A stretch of 63,671 bases of DNA, filler included, from Octopus bimaculoides (GCF_001194135.2; 8 parts of 6 records of this genome joined end to end with filler, not necessarily neighbours in it); one strand, 5' to 3'; shown: positions 49,239 through 62,110, counted from the first letter of the whole stretch. Numbers and translations are program-made. The notes: a model not told the origin generated them from the letters alone.

Positions 49239-49401
49239 GTGCTTCTTTCAGTTTCCATCTACCGTCTACCAAATCCACTTTCAAGGCTTTGGATGGCCCA
49301 AGGCTATAGTCAAAGAAGTTTATCCAAGGTACTTCGCAGTATGATTGAAACTGGAACCATGGGGTTGCAAACAAGCTTCCTACTACACAGTAACGCCTGC
49401 G
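49239..49401 (-). mobile_element. SINE family B 5' half, opposite orientation
   Basis: Reverse complement matches 48791-48951. Confidence 0.75.
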
Positions 49402-49465
49402 TTTTTGGCAATTATTATATGCAAAAACTTATTCAACGCATTGTAAAAATTTAGCAGTGAGAGAG

Positions 49466-49507
<42 letters not shown>

Positions 49508-49559
49508 TGGGTAGAAAGGTAGAGAGAGAGAGAGTGAGAGATAGAGTCTTCGAAGTATG

Positions 49560-50440
49560 ATATGATGTAGCTGTCACGAGCTCAAGACAGTCTTCGCTGT
49601 CGATATTATTCTCTTCAAGTCTTCGAGAAACACCCATGCATGGTTTTTTTTTCGTATACTGAGCGCTTCAAATCCAGATCTTCTTTGAGGTATGTTAATC
49701 CGGCTGTTTTGCGGTCGCATGGGATGACATCTGTCGTATCGCACGTTCGACGTACGAATTAACGGGATAATAATAGTGTCCTCGCAAATCGTTCTACTCA
49801 AGATACTGGTAAAAATCCTCGACGATATGCAACACTCGGTTTTAAACAGCTCACGACTCTCTTACACTATTTGCGAATGTCCATTTATACTGTGGCACAG
49901 TCCACCCGGAGCCAACCAATAGGGGTGTTCTACTTCCACACAACAACATCCGTAAGAGAGTACTTTCTCGACACTTAGGATACTGCTCTCTTCACATCTA
50001 TCAGCACTAAGATAATGCATTTATTTTTGCTGCTCTTGTTTAGCAAATGTTGTCTGACAAAGACTATACGACATTCGAAGGCTGTTTGCACTGATCTTAC
50101 GTCTCTACGTTCTTTGGTAGAGCCTGTCAATCTCACTATTTCTGTGGAGATTTTCAGTTGATATCAGCAACTTGCGAGTTTCAACGCCTATGAAGTAGGT
50201 TTCATCTTCAGACCAGTCGTGTATCCTAAATGCTGGCATCAGCACTGTGGCTGTAAAGGCATTGTGGAATATCGTTTTGTTGTAAGAGGAGAGACGCGAC
50301 TACCATATTTGTCTAAATCTGGCATAATATTCTCGGGGCACTGTACCTTTATATCTTTATATGCTTTCCCCGATGCCAAGGTGCATGTGGCATTCTTTAT
50401 AAGGGGCTGGAAAGATACTGAAGCCATATCAGCACGTGTG
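49560..50440 (-). mobile_element. Decayed Penelope-like element: EN C-terminus, hammerhead-like pLTR, ORF start
   Basis: GKAYKDIKVQCPENIMP..GSRVSPL resembles the PLE EN tail (RK.KEAI.I....N.MN.D.G..LS). It is followed by CTGAAGA...GAAAC (50165-50218) and a broken ORF. Confidence 0.45.
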
Positions 50441-50569
50441 TATGTATGTATGTATGTATGTATTGTATGTATGTATGTATGTATGTATGTATGTATGTAT
50501 GTATGTATGTATGTGATGATGCTACACACCATACTAACCATGTGATGATGCTACACACCATGCTACACA

Positions 50570-50760
50570 CCATACGGGCATGTGGAAGGGAGTGTGATTC
50601 AACAGGAGGACTTAAACGACACGCAAAGGTACCTGGAGCCCAGTAAAGGTTTTGGATGCCAACTCTGTACAAGACATTGTAGATCTTTGGCTGGGCTAAA
50701 AAGTCACATTCGATCGCAGCACCGTTAAGTTAAGCTTCGTGCAATGGCCATACTCGATAA
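50570..50760 (+). mobile_element. RTE LINE 3' end with C2H2-like zinc fingers
   Basis: CGRECDSTGGLKRH and CQLCTRHCRSLAGLKSHIRSQH*, then the tail GGCCATACTCGATAACGAGGG. Confidence 0.65.
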
Positions 50761-51899
50761 CGAGGGGGCAGCCATCATGTANNNNNNNNNNNNNNNNNNN
50801 NNNNNNNNNNNNNNNNNNNNNNNNNNNNNNNNNNNNNNNNNNNNNNNNNNNNNNNNNNNNNNNNNNNNNNNNNNNNNNNNNNNNNNNNNNNNNNNNNNNN
50901 NNNNNNNNNNNNNNNNNNNNNNNNNNNNNNNNNNNNNNNNNNNNNNNNNNNNNNNNNNNNNNNNNNNNNNNNNNNNNNNNNNNNNNNNNNNNNNNNNNNN
51001 NNNNNNNNNNNNNNNNNNNNNNNNNNNNNNNNNNNNNNNNNNNNNNNNNNNNNNNNNNNNNNNNNNNNNNNNNNNNNNNNNNNNNNNNNNNNNNNNNNNN
51101 NNNNNNNNNNNNNNNNNNNNNNNNNNNNNNNNNNNNNNNNNNNNNNNNNNNNNNNNNNNNNNNNNNNNNNNNNNNNNNNNNNNNNNNNNNNNNNNNNNNN
51201 NNNNNNNNNNNNNNNNNNNNNNNNNNNNNNNNNNNNNNNNNNNNNNNNNNNNNNNNNNNNNNNNNNNNNNNNNNNNNNNNNNNNNNNNNNNNNNNNNNNN
51301 NNNNNNNNNNNNNNNNNNNNNNNNNNNNNNNNNNNNNNNNNNNNNNNNNNNNNNNNNNNNNNNNNNNNNNNNNNNNNNNNNNNNNNNNNNNNNNNNNNNN
51401 NNNNNNNNNNNNNNNNNNNNNNNATATATACACGTAAATATATATATGCATATGTATATATTTAAATATATACATATATATATGCATACATACATACATA
51501 CATAAGTACATACATACATAAGTACATACATACATACATACACACACACACGGACGCACACGTACACACACACACGCACACACATACACAAACACGCACA
51601 CAAACACATATATAACGTGGACATTGGTGTTGTTTTTTGGTACTGAATGGTGTTCATAACCTATACATACTACATCTCAAGGCTCTCTCTCTCTCTCTAT
51701 ATATATATATATGTGTGTGTGTATGTGTGTGTGTATGTATGTACATATGTATGTATATATATATATATATANNNNNNNNNNNNNNNNNNNNNNNNNNNNN
51801 NNNNNNNNNNNNNNNTTAATTAATTAANNNNNNNNNNNNNNNNNNNNNNNNNNNNNNNNNNNNNNNNNNNNGTTCTACAATATTCTTTAAGGAACGAAA

Positions 51900-52546
51900 A
51901 ATTATCCAGCGACTCGGGCTAATACGAACGAGCCTGGTAGGTGTAAAAGACTAACTGGCATCTCTTATTGAGAGTACAGGCGAGAGTCAGATCGCTGGTG
52001 GTTGTTGTGCGCTCCGCTGTCGTTATTTGTTTGCTGTTATTCTGTGCGTAAAGATCAGTTGTGTTTTGTAAGGCTGCTTTATTTTTGCCCTTCACTTAGA
52101 AATGGAGAAACAGATAGAGCTAGATATAAAAATAAGCCATTTGGGACTAGAAATATTGCGGAAAACGTGAAATTCTTTGAGTGGACTTGTGTCTTATGGG
52201 CACCGTCTGTGAGAAAAACAGCACCATGACGCATTTCACTCTGCCAGAAATTTGGAAACGACATGCTGTACTGTTTGGCATTCGCACTGGAAGCTCCAAT
52301 GTGAACATTTCAGAGTGTTTGGGTGTCAATCTGAGGACATGTACCGAGAGTGATAAAAATCAGCATCATGGTGTTTGGAGTGATCACGAATGATGGCAAC
52401 GTTATGCCTCAGACTCCCACATAGGCTCCCACACGGCCTTAGACTCAACAAAGAGGCCTACATCAAGTGTCTGGAAGAGGTAGTGCTGCCCTGGGTCAAG
52501 AGGGTGGCTGCTGAAAGATCTTATGTCTGGCAACAGGACTCTGCAC

Positions 52547-52549
<3 letters not shown>
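51900..52549 (+). mobile_element. Tc1/mariner (maT/DD37D-type) deletion derivative
   Basis: N-terminus MTHFTLPEIWKRHAVLFGIRTGSSNVNISECLGVNLRT is fused to the catalytic segment IMVFGVITNDGNVMP..PHGLRLNKEAYIKCLEEVVLPWVKRVAAERSYVWQQDSAPC. Interrupted by (TG)n and a gap. Confidence 0.85.
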
Positions 52550-52581
<32 letters not shown>

Positions 52582-53479
52582 NNNNNNNNNNNNNNNNNNN
52601 NNNNNNNNNNNNNNNNNNNNNNNNNNNNNNNNNNNNNNNNNNNNNNNNNNNNNNNNNNNNNNNNNNNNNNNNNNNNNNNNNNNNNNNNNNNNNNNNNNNN
52701 NNNNNNNNNNNNNNNNNNNNNNNNNNNNNNNNNNNNNNNNNNNNNNNNNNNNNNNNNNNNNNNNNNNNNNNNNNNNNNNNNNNNNNNNNNNNNNNNNNNN
52801 NNNNNNNNNNNNNNNNNNNNNNNNNNNNNNNNNNNNNNNNNNNNNNNNNNNNNNNNNNNNNNNNNNNNNNNNNNNNNNNNNNNNNNNNNNNNNNNNNNNN
52901 NNNNNNNNNNNNNNNNNNNNNNNNNNNNNNNNNNNNNNNNNNNNNNNNNNNNNNNNNNNNNNNNNNNNNNNNNNNNNNNNNNNNNNNNNNNNNNNNNNNN
53001 NNNNNNNNNNNNNNNNNNNNNNNNNNNNNNNNNNNNNNNNNNNNNNNNNNNNNNNNNNNNNNNNNNNNNNNNNNNNNNNNNNNNNNNNNNNNNNNNNNNN
53101 NNNNNNNNNNNNNNNNNNNNNNNNNNNNNNNNNNNNNNNNNNNNNNNNNNNNNNNNNNNNNNNNNNNNNNNNNNNNNNNNNNNNNNNNNNNNNNNNNNNN
53201 NNNNNNNNNNNNNNNNNNNNNNNNNNNNNNNNNNNNNNNNNNNNNNNNNNNNNNNNNNNNNNNNNNNNNNNNNNNNNNNNNNNNNNNNNNNNNNNNNNNN
53301 NNNNNNNNNNNNNNNNNNNNNNNNNNNNNNNNNNNNNNNNNNNNNNNNNNNNNNNNNNNNNNNNNNNNNNNNNNNNNNNNNNNNNNNNNNNNNNNNNNNN
53401 NNNNNNNNNNNNNNNNNNNNNNNNNNNNNNNNNNNNNNNNNNNNNNNNNNNNNNNNNNNNNNNNNNNNNNNNNNNNNNN

Positions 53480-53555
53480 TCTTGCGGCGGAAGCCTGAAC
53501 TATAACGGGCTTGTCCCACAGAGAACGTTTCCGGTTACTTTTGGGTACCCTCGTA
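53480..53555 (-). mobile_element. Mariner-type terminus
   Basis: Minus strand TACGAGGGTACCCAAAAGTAACCGGAAA resembles a mariner TIR after TA. Confidence 0.5.
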
Positions 53556-53560
53556 CATAC

Positions 53561-53606
<46 letters not shown>

Positions 53607-55794
53607 CACACTATACACGCGCGCACTCATTTGAGATCTTGAGATCTCTATCTTTACACTTTAGGACCCTCTCAATGCTGTCATCCAGGAGTGAGCGCAC
53701 ATATGTGCGCGGAAGCCGTTTCAGGATCTTCATGTTTTTACATTCGTAGGACACGCATACATGGCGATGGTATTTTCTACAGTCGATGTTGTTGTTTTGG
53801 GCATGCAGCCACTTTTCGACCGTTCGTTTCTTCTAGTCGGTGTGCATGTGTAGTTTTCACGTTTCGATTACGATTGGTAGTCAGCCTATGCGATTTTTAC
53901 TCGCAATAAGACTTTCTCGTTGGTCAACCTGCCCTGCTATTTGCCCCTTTGTACGTGCATACATGTTGTATTAGATGTGCCATAATTGTACTTTCATTTA
54001 TGTTTTCCTCATACTGCCGTCCACTTGCGCATCGCCACTATAATCAAGGAAGACTTTTCCTGAGCGGGTATTTAGCTATGTTTCTAGTTACATTCATGAA
54101 GGGTTTCTTTCTCCTTTTTTTTTGTGAGTTTGTTATGACTTTAAATATAGGTCCCTTGTTGTCTAGACAACTCCGACTAACCTTAACTGTGTTTGCAAAA
54201 TCTTTGGATGGTGGGGAAATGCTTTTTTATCAGAGTTAGGTAACACCTAGCTATATTGTGAGACACGTTTAAACTATATAGTGAGTTATGTGAATTAACT
54301 TCATAAATTCTTGGTTTGTTGGGTCTTGCGGAGGTGGGCTCTGTGATATCTAAGTATCGATTTTCTTTAATTAAATTCATACCTAGAATTGTTCTCAAAA
54401 AAAGACTGTAAAGTTTTTTGTCACCGTATCAATGCAATATGAAACAGTTATCTCTCTGTCTCCCTGTCTCTCTCTCTCTCTCTTATCTTCCCGCCTATCT
54501 GTATTTATCTCTGTTTTATCTGCCTCCCAAATTGCTTTTTTTATCTGTCTGTCTACTTATTTATTGGTTCCTTACTCTTTTTAGCCTGTTTGTCTTTCTG
54601 TCCCTCTGTCTCTCTTATTCTCAATCGCTCTCTCTGTCTATCTCACAGTCTCTCCCCCTTTTAGTCCTATTTTGCCTGAGAAAATTCTCATGTCAACATA
54701 ATTGTGGTCATTCAATTATAAACTTCAATTATAAACTTACAATCAGGAAGAAAATAACATGATGAAACATGAATGAGAATATACTGGGTCTGGTTTAAGG
54801 AGGTCTACCGCCACACTAATTCCAAACCATTCACTAATAGTTAGATATTGATGCTGCTGTTGATGTTTATATTTCATAGCAATTAGTGAACTACAGTGTC
54901 GTTGGTTAGAGGTTTCGAATGGGTCAATCATTGGTGAGAATATGGTGAGAGTAACCTGGGAGTGTCGGTGACTCGCTACAGAAAAAATATCCCATGAGAC
55001 TTCATTTACGAAGAATCGTTTTTTTTTTTTACATGACTTAACCAGGAATATATTGGTCAGTATTATAAAAGTAGAACACAGTTTCACTTTTAGTGTGCGC
55101 TTTTTTCTGATTTATGAGCAACTAATCAAATATATATGTGTGTGTGTGTGTATCAAAATAAGCAACAGGATATCCAGAGGTAATGCAGTACGATCATTTC
55201 AAGCGACTCCATTTAATTGAACACTGCAACCATTACATCAATTTAAATGCAGAGCAATCCTCAGCTGCATAAATACATAGAATTAAATTAAATTAAAATA
55301 GATGGACACATTAGTATAATTTTACCTAAAACCTCCAAGAAGGCAAGGAACATGCTGTTTTCACTTCAGCTTATATATATATGCACATGTATCTGTGTAT
55401 GTAATTTAATCTGGTCAGCCGAAACCAAACTGGTTGAAAGTATGAATTTCAAAATTTTCAAAAGCACTACTACATTTGTTTTTATCAGTTTATAATTAAG
55501 ATTAAAAAAAAAACGTACGACAATAATTAATATGATAGATGGTGGACGAAACATACGCTTCTGATTGGCCAGCACATAATGTGCTAAGCAGAGAGAGTGA
55601 AAGAAAGAGAGAGAAGGGAGAGAGAAAGAGAGAGAAAAGTTGTTGTTTTTTTTGATGTGTGAATTTTGTGGATTATCTGCAAAAGTTTGTGCATCATTGC
55701 TCTATACAAGTCGATTACACCATTAAAAAGAAACTAACCAAGGCCGAAATTTACGCGAGAAATCATCATTAGTATTTCAGTACACATCTTTCCA

Positions 55795-56017
55795 AAGGCG
55801 GTGAGCAGGCAGAAACGTTAGCACGGCGGGCGAAATGCTTAGCGGTATTTTGCCTGTCTTTACGTTCTGAGTTCAAATTCCGCCGAGGTCGACTTTGCCT
55901 TTCATCCTTTCGAGGTCGATAAATTAAGTACCAGTTGCGTACTGGGGTCGATCTAATCGGCTGCACCCCCCACTCCCCACCAAACTTTCGGGCCTTGTGC
56001 CTAGAGTAGAAAAGAAT
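55795..56017 (+). mobile_element. SINE family A, full length with 16-bp TSD
   Basis: TACACATCTTTCCAAA (55781-96) and TACATATCTTTCCAAA (56017-32) flank the copy. Confidence 0.9.
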
Positions 56018-56581
56018 ACATATCTTTCCAAATATTCGCTTAGACAGCGTAACAAACCATGGTATTTTGGATATGATTACATGTTATGTTTTCTAGATAA
56101 ACGATCATTAGAGTTGTATAGAATACTTTAGCGGTATTAATTTCGGTTTTTATGTCTGTAACTAAGTTATATTTCGATCAATTATTTCCTTTCTGGTCAT
56201 TTTTGCCACCATGTTTCTATATATATTTCCGTTAACACTAAATCCTGACATTCAGGATTTTAAGATGCTTATTTCCCGTTCAAGTCATGGCTAAAACTTT
56301 GCAATGAAAATATAAGTTTTGAGTTTAGCTCCCCGCAAATTGTGTGTATATCCTATCGGATCTTTGGGCAAGAGTTCTGTTTTTCTTTAATTGAATCAAG
56401 GGGAGAATAAACTAGATTGGTTCTCATTACTGTCTCCAGACCTACCGACCGAATTGACTGAGCTCAACATCGCAAGCTCATTAATTTTACAGCGCTACAT
56501 GTCGTCTGCTGCTTACTATAAAATCTGTACCAATCAAGGGTTTTCACTTAAAACGCAGTAAACTTAATAATCTTCCCGCAG

Positions 56582-56642
56582 ATACAACAAAATGGTAAGA
56601 GAGGATGGGGAGCATCAACCGCTTGGCTTGAACGCTATTACG
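56582..56642 (+). CDS. Candidate internal exon of an unidentified host gene
   Basis: Acceptor aatcttcccgcag, donor ACG|gtgagt, unique sequence, two open frames (YNKMVREDGEHQPLGLNAIT or IQQNGKRGWGASTAWLERYY). No recognised homology. Confidence 0.35.
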
Positions 56643-57333
56643 GTGAGTGCGTTTATATGTATCTAGTTTTTTACTGGTTTCATGCTGGAGCACTGGATTC
56701 AGAGATTTTAGTCAATTTTAATGCCCCCAGTGTCTAGTAATTATTTTATCGATTTCGTGATTTCGTAAGGAACAAACGATAAGTCAACTTTAGCATAAAG
56801 GGATATAACTCGAATGGAACTAAATGCCAAAGATATGTCTATTCCACACACACACACGCACACAAATCGGCTAGCTTCGGAATAGTTTCAGTCTTCCAAA
56901 TTTCTGTCACCGGCGTCACAGAATTATTTTACATGAAGCCATTGCAGAAAAGTTCAATAGAAAACAACAGAATAATGTGATGGTAGAAATAATAAAAACA
57001 GTATAAAAATTAGTATAAATAATATAATAACATAAACAACAGCAAAACTCGCGTTTTATTGTACATTGGCAAACGTTATTTCATGGAAGAGGTAAATCAG
57101 ATCGCTATTACATGATGGGAAAATTGCGTATCTTGTTACCGTGAATTGCAAATTGGCAAGCGATAGTTTATTTCTTCAACATTTAGTTGCAATGTGACAC
57201 GGGGAAAACAACAACAACAACAACTACTACTACTACTACTAGCACAAACCACCACTATTACTGTTAATACCACCGCCACCACCACACCACCAATACTACC
57301 ACCACCACCAAAACCACCACCACCACCACCACC

Positions 57334-57419
<86 letters not shown>

Positions 57420-57944
57420 CGTTGATTAATCTCATTGGACACCCTCAGAAATGGATTAACCTGCTCGTGTCGTGATTTGGGGTTAAATAAATAAAAAGAA
57501 GAGAATTGGTGTAAGCAAAATCTAATGGAATTTACCGAGAACACTTCTGCAGTAACCGCTCACTGATTATCATATTCACAGAAAGATTATTGAATCGTGC
57601 CGAACTGTGAAATATTTCTATAGGGCATGATCCATATAACGGCAAAGAGCTTTTTATTAACTAGCAACCATATTTAATAACTGTATTGACCAGATGAATA
57701 CGTCTCATTTATAAGAGACAGGCAGCTTTATTACGGAAATGCTCTTCAGGTGTTTCTAAGAGGGGTTTTGTTTTGTCTTGTTTTTTTTATATTTCTTTAG
57801 TAAGTCTTGGCCAATACGTTATGGCCCTACAAGAGAATTATGATAATATATTTGTCAACTTCACATTCAGTCAAATACATTGGAGAACAAAAATAAAGCT
57901 TTTTACTTTCTTTGCGTCACAACAATGATAACACCTGGTTCTTA

Positions 57945-58065
<121 letters not shown>

Positions 58066-58752
58066 AAGGGTGCGAGCTGGCAGAATCGTTAGCGCGGTGG
58101 ACGAAATGCTAAGCGCTATTTCGCCCGTCGCTACATTCTCAGTTCAAATTTCGCTGAGGCCGACTTTACCTTTCATCTTTTCGGGTCGATAAAATAAGTA
58201 CCAGGTGTGTACTGGAGTCGATGTAATCGACAATCCCTTCCCCCAAATTTCAGGCCTTGTGCCTATAGTAGAAAGGATTATTATTAAGTCGGCGACTTTT
58301 GGGGTCGATAAACTAAGTACCAGTTACGCACTGGGGTCGATGTAATCGACTTAATCCCTTTGTCTGTTCTTGTTTGTCCCCTCTATGTTTAGTCCCTTGT
58401 GGGCAATAAAGAAATAAGAATCGGTAGCACGCCAGGCGAAATGCTTTGCGGTATTTAATCTGTCTTTACGTACCGAGTTCAAATTCCGCCGAAGTCGAAC
58501 TTGCCTTTCATCCTTTCGGGGTCGAAAAATTAAGTACAAGTTGCGTTCTGAGGTGGATCTAATCGACTGGCCCCACTCCCCCAAAATTTCGGGCCTTGTG
58601 CCTAGAGTAGAAAAGAATTGTTAGCACACCGGGCAATATGCTTAGCGGTATTTCGCCCGTCGCAACGTTCTGAGTTCAAGTTCCACCGAGGTCGACTTTG
58701 CCTTTCATCCTTTCGGCGTCGATAAATTAAGTACCAGTGAAACACTAAGGTC

Positions 58753-58754
<2 letters not shown>
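58066..58754 (+). mobile_element. Tandem array of ~4 SINE family A units
   Basis: Units start at ~58066, ~58285 (deleted, tail B), ~58417 and ~58614. Junctions at AGAAT. Confidence 0.85.
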
Positions 58755-58816
<62 letters not shown>

Positions 58817-59190
58817 CATTTCTTTTATTAGCCACACAGGGCTCAACGAAGATGGGACAAATACAATGTAGAGCTTTTCTTTTTGGGAGGGGGANNNNNN
58901 NNNNNNNNNNNNNNNNNNNNNNNNNNNNNNNNNNNNNNTTAATTAATTAANNNNNNNNNNNNNNNNNNNNNNNNNNNNNNNNNNNNNNNNNNNNGCACAT
59001 ATCGTCAGCCACCAAGGGACATGCTCAACTGGTTAAGGTCAAACAACTGACAAGCAAATCTGTGGTATTAAGCAGAATATTTGCTGTAGCCCATCTTTTA
59101 TACCCAGACAAAACAATGTACACGATAACACTTCCAATCAGTTAAGATCAGAAGCCATGAGAGCCACTGCCTGCATCATCATCGTCATCC

Positions 59191-59279
<89 letters not shown>

Positions 59280-59917
59280 GTTATTATAACAGAAATCAGG
59301 TCAATTACACACTTGTCTACAAGTGGTCGTTTCATTTTTAGAGATAAGAAAAAATGTGAGAACACATCACTCAATGGAGAGTAGATTAATATTGCTAAAC
59401 TAAATATATCTTATTTTCATTTTATTTACTTTAATTAACATAATTTATTCTATGAAAATATGAAAGGGTGACTTAGATACAAGAAACGCAATTTTGAGAG
59501 GAAGGGCTCAGCTAAAACCATTGACACCACTATTTTGAATGGTACTTTATTTTACCAGCCCTGGGGAGGAGGAGGAGATAAAAAGCAGCGTTGAACTTGG
59601 TAGGTTGTGAAACCAGGACATAATATGACAGGAAAAATATCAGGAAATATTTACCCAACAGTCTGATGATTCTAGCAAAATAATAATAAATAATTATTTT
59701 CTAAAAGAAATTTTGTATATACATATATATATTAGAAGGTTTGGAGGTAACGTACAGGTATTATATATTAGAAAAAATAAGGTACTCAGAGATCTGGAAG
59801 GTTGTACATTTACAGATTTTTATTAATATGTCACATGTTTTTATAAATCATATAGTAGCGCTTTCATCTACTCTCATAGATTCTTCAAGAATATATTATC
59901 TTTTCTATCTTATTTTT

Positions 59918-59959
<42 letters not shown>

Positions 59960-60686
59960 TTTTAATCTTTTATTTGTTTCAGTCATTTGTTCGNNNNNNN
60001 NNNNNNNNNNNNNNNNNNNNNNNNNNNNNNNNNNNNNNNNNNNNNNNNNNNNNNNNNNNNNNNNNNNNNNNNNNNNNNNNNNNNNNNNNNNNNNNNNNNN
60101 NNNNNNNNNNNNNNNNNNNNNNNNNNNNNNNNNNNNNNNNNNNNNNNNNNNNNNNNNNNNNNNNNNNNNNNNNNNNNNNNNNNNNNNNNNNNNNNNNNNN
60201 NNNNNNNNNNNNNNNNNNNNNNNNNNNNNNNNNNNNNNNNNNNNNNNNNNNNNNNNNNNNNNNNNNNNNNNNNNNNNNNNNNNNNNNNNNNNNNNNNNNN
60301 NNNNNNNNNNNNNNNNNNNNNNNNNNNNNNNNNNNNNNNNNNNNNNNNNNNNNNNNNNNNNNNNNNNNNNNNNNNNNNNNNNNNNNNNNNNNNNNNNNNN
60401 NNNNNNNNNNNNNNNNNNNNNNNNNNNNNNNNNNNNNNNNNNNNNNNNNNNNNNNNNNNNNNNNNNNNNNNNNNNNNNNNNNNNNNNNNNNNNNNNNNNN
60501 NNNNNNNNNNNNNNNNNNNNNNNNNNNNNNNNNNNNNNNNNNNNNNNNNNNNNNNNNNNNNNNNNNNNNNNNNNNNNNNNNNNNNNNNNNNNNNNNNNNN
60601 NNNNNNNNNNNNNNNNNNNNNNNNNNNNNNNNNNNNNNNNNNNNNNNNNNNNNNNNNNNNNNNNNNNNNNNNNNNNNNNNNNNNNN

Positions 60687-60743
<57 letters not shown>

Positions 60744-60745
<2 letters not shown>

Positions 60746-61025
60746 AAGAATACCTGCTACTCTCCTCATACCATCCCAAACACAGGGAAATTTTATATTC
60801 CTTTTAATCTGCAAGGAGAATTTGCGGAATTATTTCAAACGTTAAAATTCGCTATAAAAGACTCCAGGAATTAAAACATCAACTACTCGAGAGAAAACAT
60901 CCGTCAATGTTAATAGACAACGGAATAGAGCATGCGAATTGTGAAGAACAAAAAAACCCTTCAGATACACCCAATATTCTACCCTTTGTTACAACATACA
61001 ACCCAAAAACATTGAGGCCTACGAG
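60744..61025 (+). mobile_element. Penelope-like element, post-RT region
   Basis: EYLLLSSYHPKH...RLQELKHQLLERKHPSMLIDNGIE...PNILPFVTTYNPK resembles PLE S.HP.H.K.NIP...LPFVTTYNP. Confidence 0.7.
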
Positions 61026-62110
61026 AATTTTTCTCCATGGTAACTGCAGTGGATTTGCCTTTTAACACTTGACATATGTCACAAACATCTCCCTGAGCTT
61101 TTGGTATATTTAGCTATCTCTTCAATAGGGGTTATTATGTCCAAGTATGGAATGCGCGTGATGGTTGTCGCAAAGTTGAGACCTTTATTTAGTACTGCTT
61201 CTTCAGAGCTTTCTAGATGTCGGCTACTTACATTAATTACTGCTTTCAGAAGTGGGTGATGGACTTCAGTCTTCATTCTCTGACTATTGAGTTTCAAAAA
61301 CTTCTTAATCTGGCGTGTCTTCACCATTTCAAATTCTTTCATGCATGACTTTTCTAGATCTTGCTGGATTCTCTTTCTATCATCATCTCTGATGATTTTC
61401 TTAAGTAATAAAGATAACCGCTCTTTGATTCCGCTATTTAGTTGATGCTTTTTTTCCAACGGTTGTAATGGATCCTCTCACGGACGAGGGCATGTCCTGC
61501 CCTTTCCGCTACTCTTCTAGCTTTACATGGATCCATTAGTGTCATTATATTCAATCCAGGTGTTATTAGCTTTCAGTCTCTACATCTCAGGAAAGTTAGA
61601 TGGTTTGAAAGACGATCTAGTTTTTGATGGAGTTTCTCTATATATCTCCATTGAAGTGTAATGTCAGCTCCGTAATACAGTTCTATATTTAAGAGATGAG
61701 GAATTATGTACATTATTTACATTTAACGGATATTTGTCCTCATCTTGTTTGTTCTTAACACAACGTTTCGGCTGTGTTTCAGTTGTTGCTGTTGTTATTG
61801 TGATAATGCTACTTCTTTTAGTTTTCGTATTTTCCAGTGTTGTTCCCTCTCTATTATTTTAACTTCATCCCACAAGGGGAGGTGGTCTCCATTTTTCCAT
61901 ACATGATCAGCTATACCCGATTTATCAATATCTCCTCGTGTCACAGCTTTGCGATGTTCCTCTACCCTTATTTTGAAGGGGTGGCATGTTTCGCATTTGT
62001 ATGGATAGATGGAGGGATAGCAAGAATGGAATATAACTTATGTATTAACGAAATTTGGTTTTCTCTTCCTTTACCGATTCAATTCATTTTCTCAGTTTAG
62101 AATTAAAGGG
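61020..62110 (-). mobile_element. Penelope-like element in tandem arrangement: EN end, half hammerhead/pLTR, ORF N-terminus
   Basis: YKCETCHPFKIRVEEHRKAVTRGDIDKSGIADHVWKNGDHLPLWDEVKIIERE..RKLKE (61810-62000), then CAGCCGAAACGTTGTGTT (61757-61774), then HLTFLRC..LITPGL and VINVSSRHLESSEEAVLNKGLNFA. Confidence 0.8.

Noticed and set aside
52390-53749. 300-400 aa ORFs spanning N-runs (also 2166, 20405, 50696, 59974 and others)
   Set aside because: Their length comes from untranslatable gap bases.
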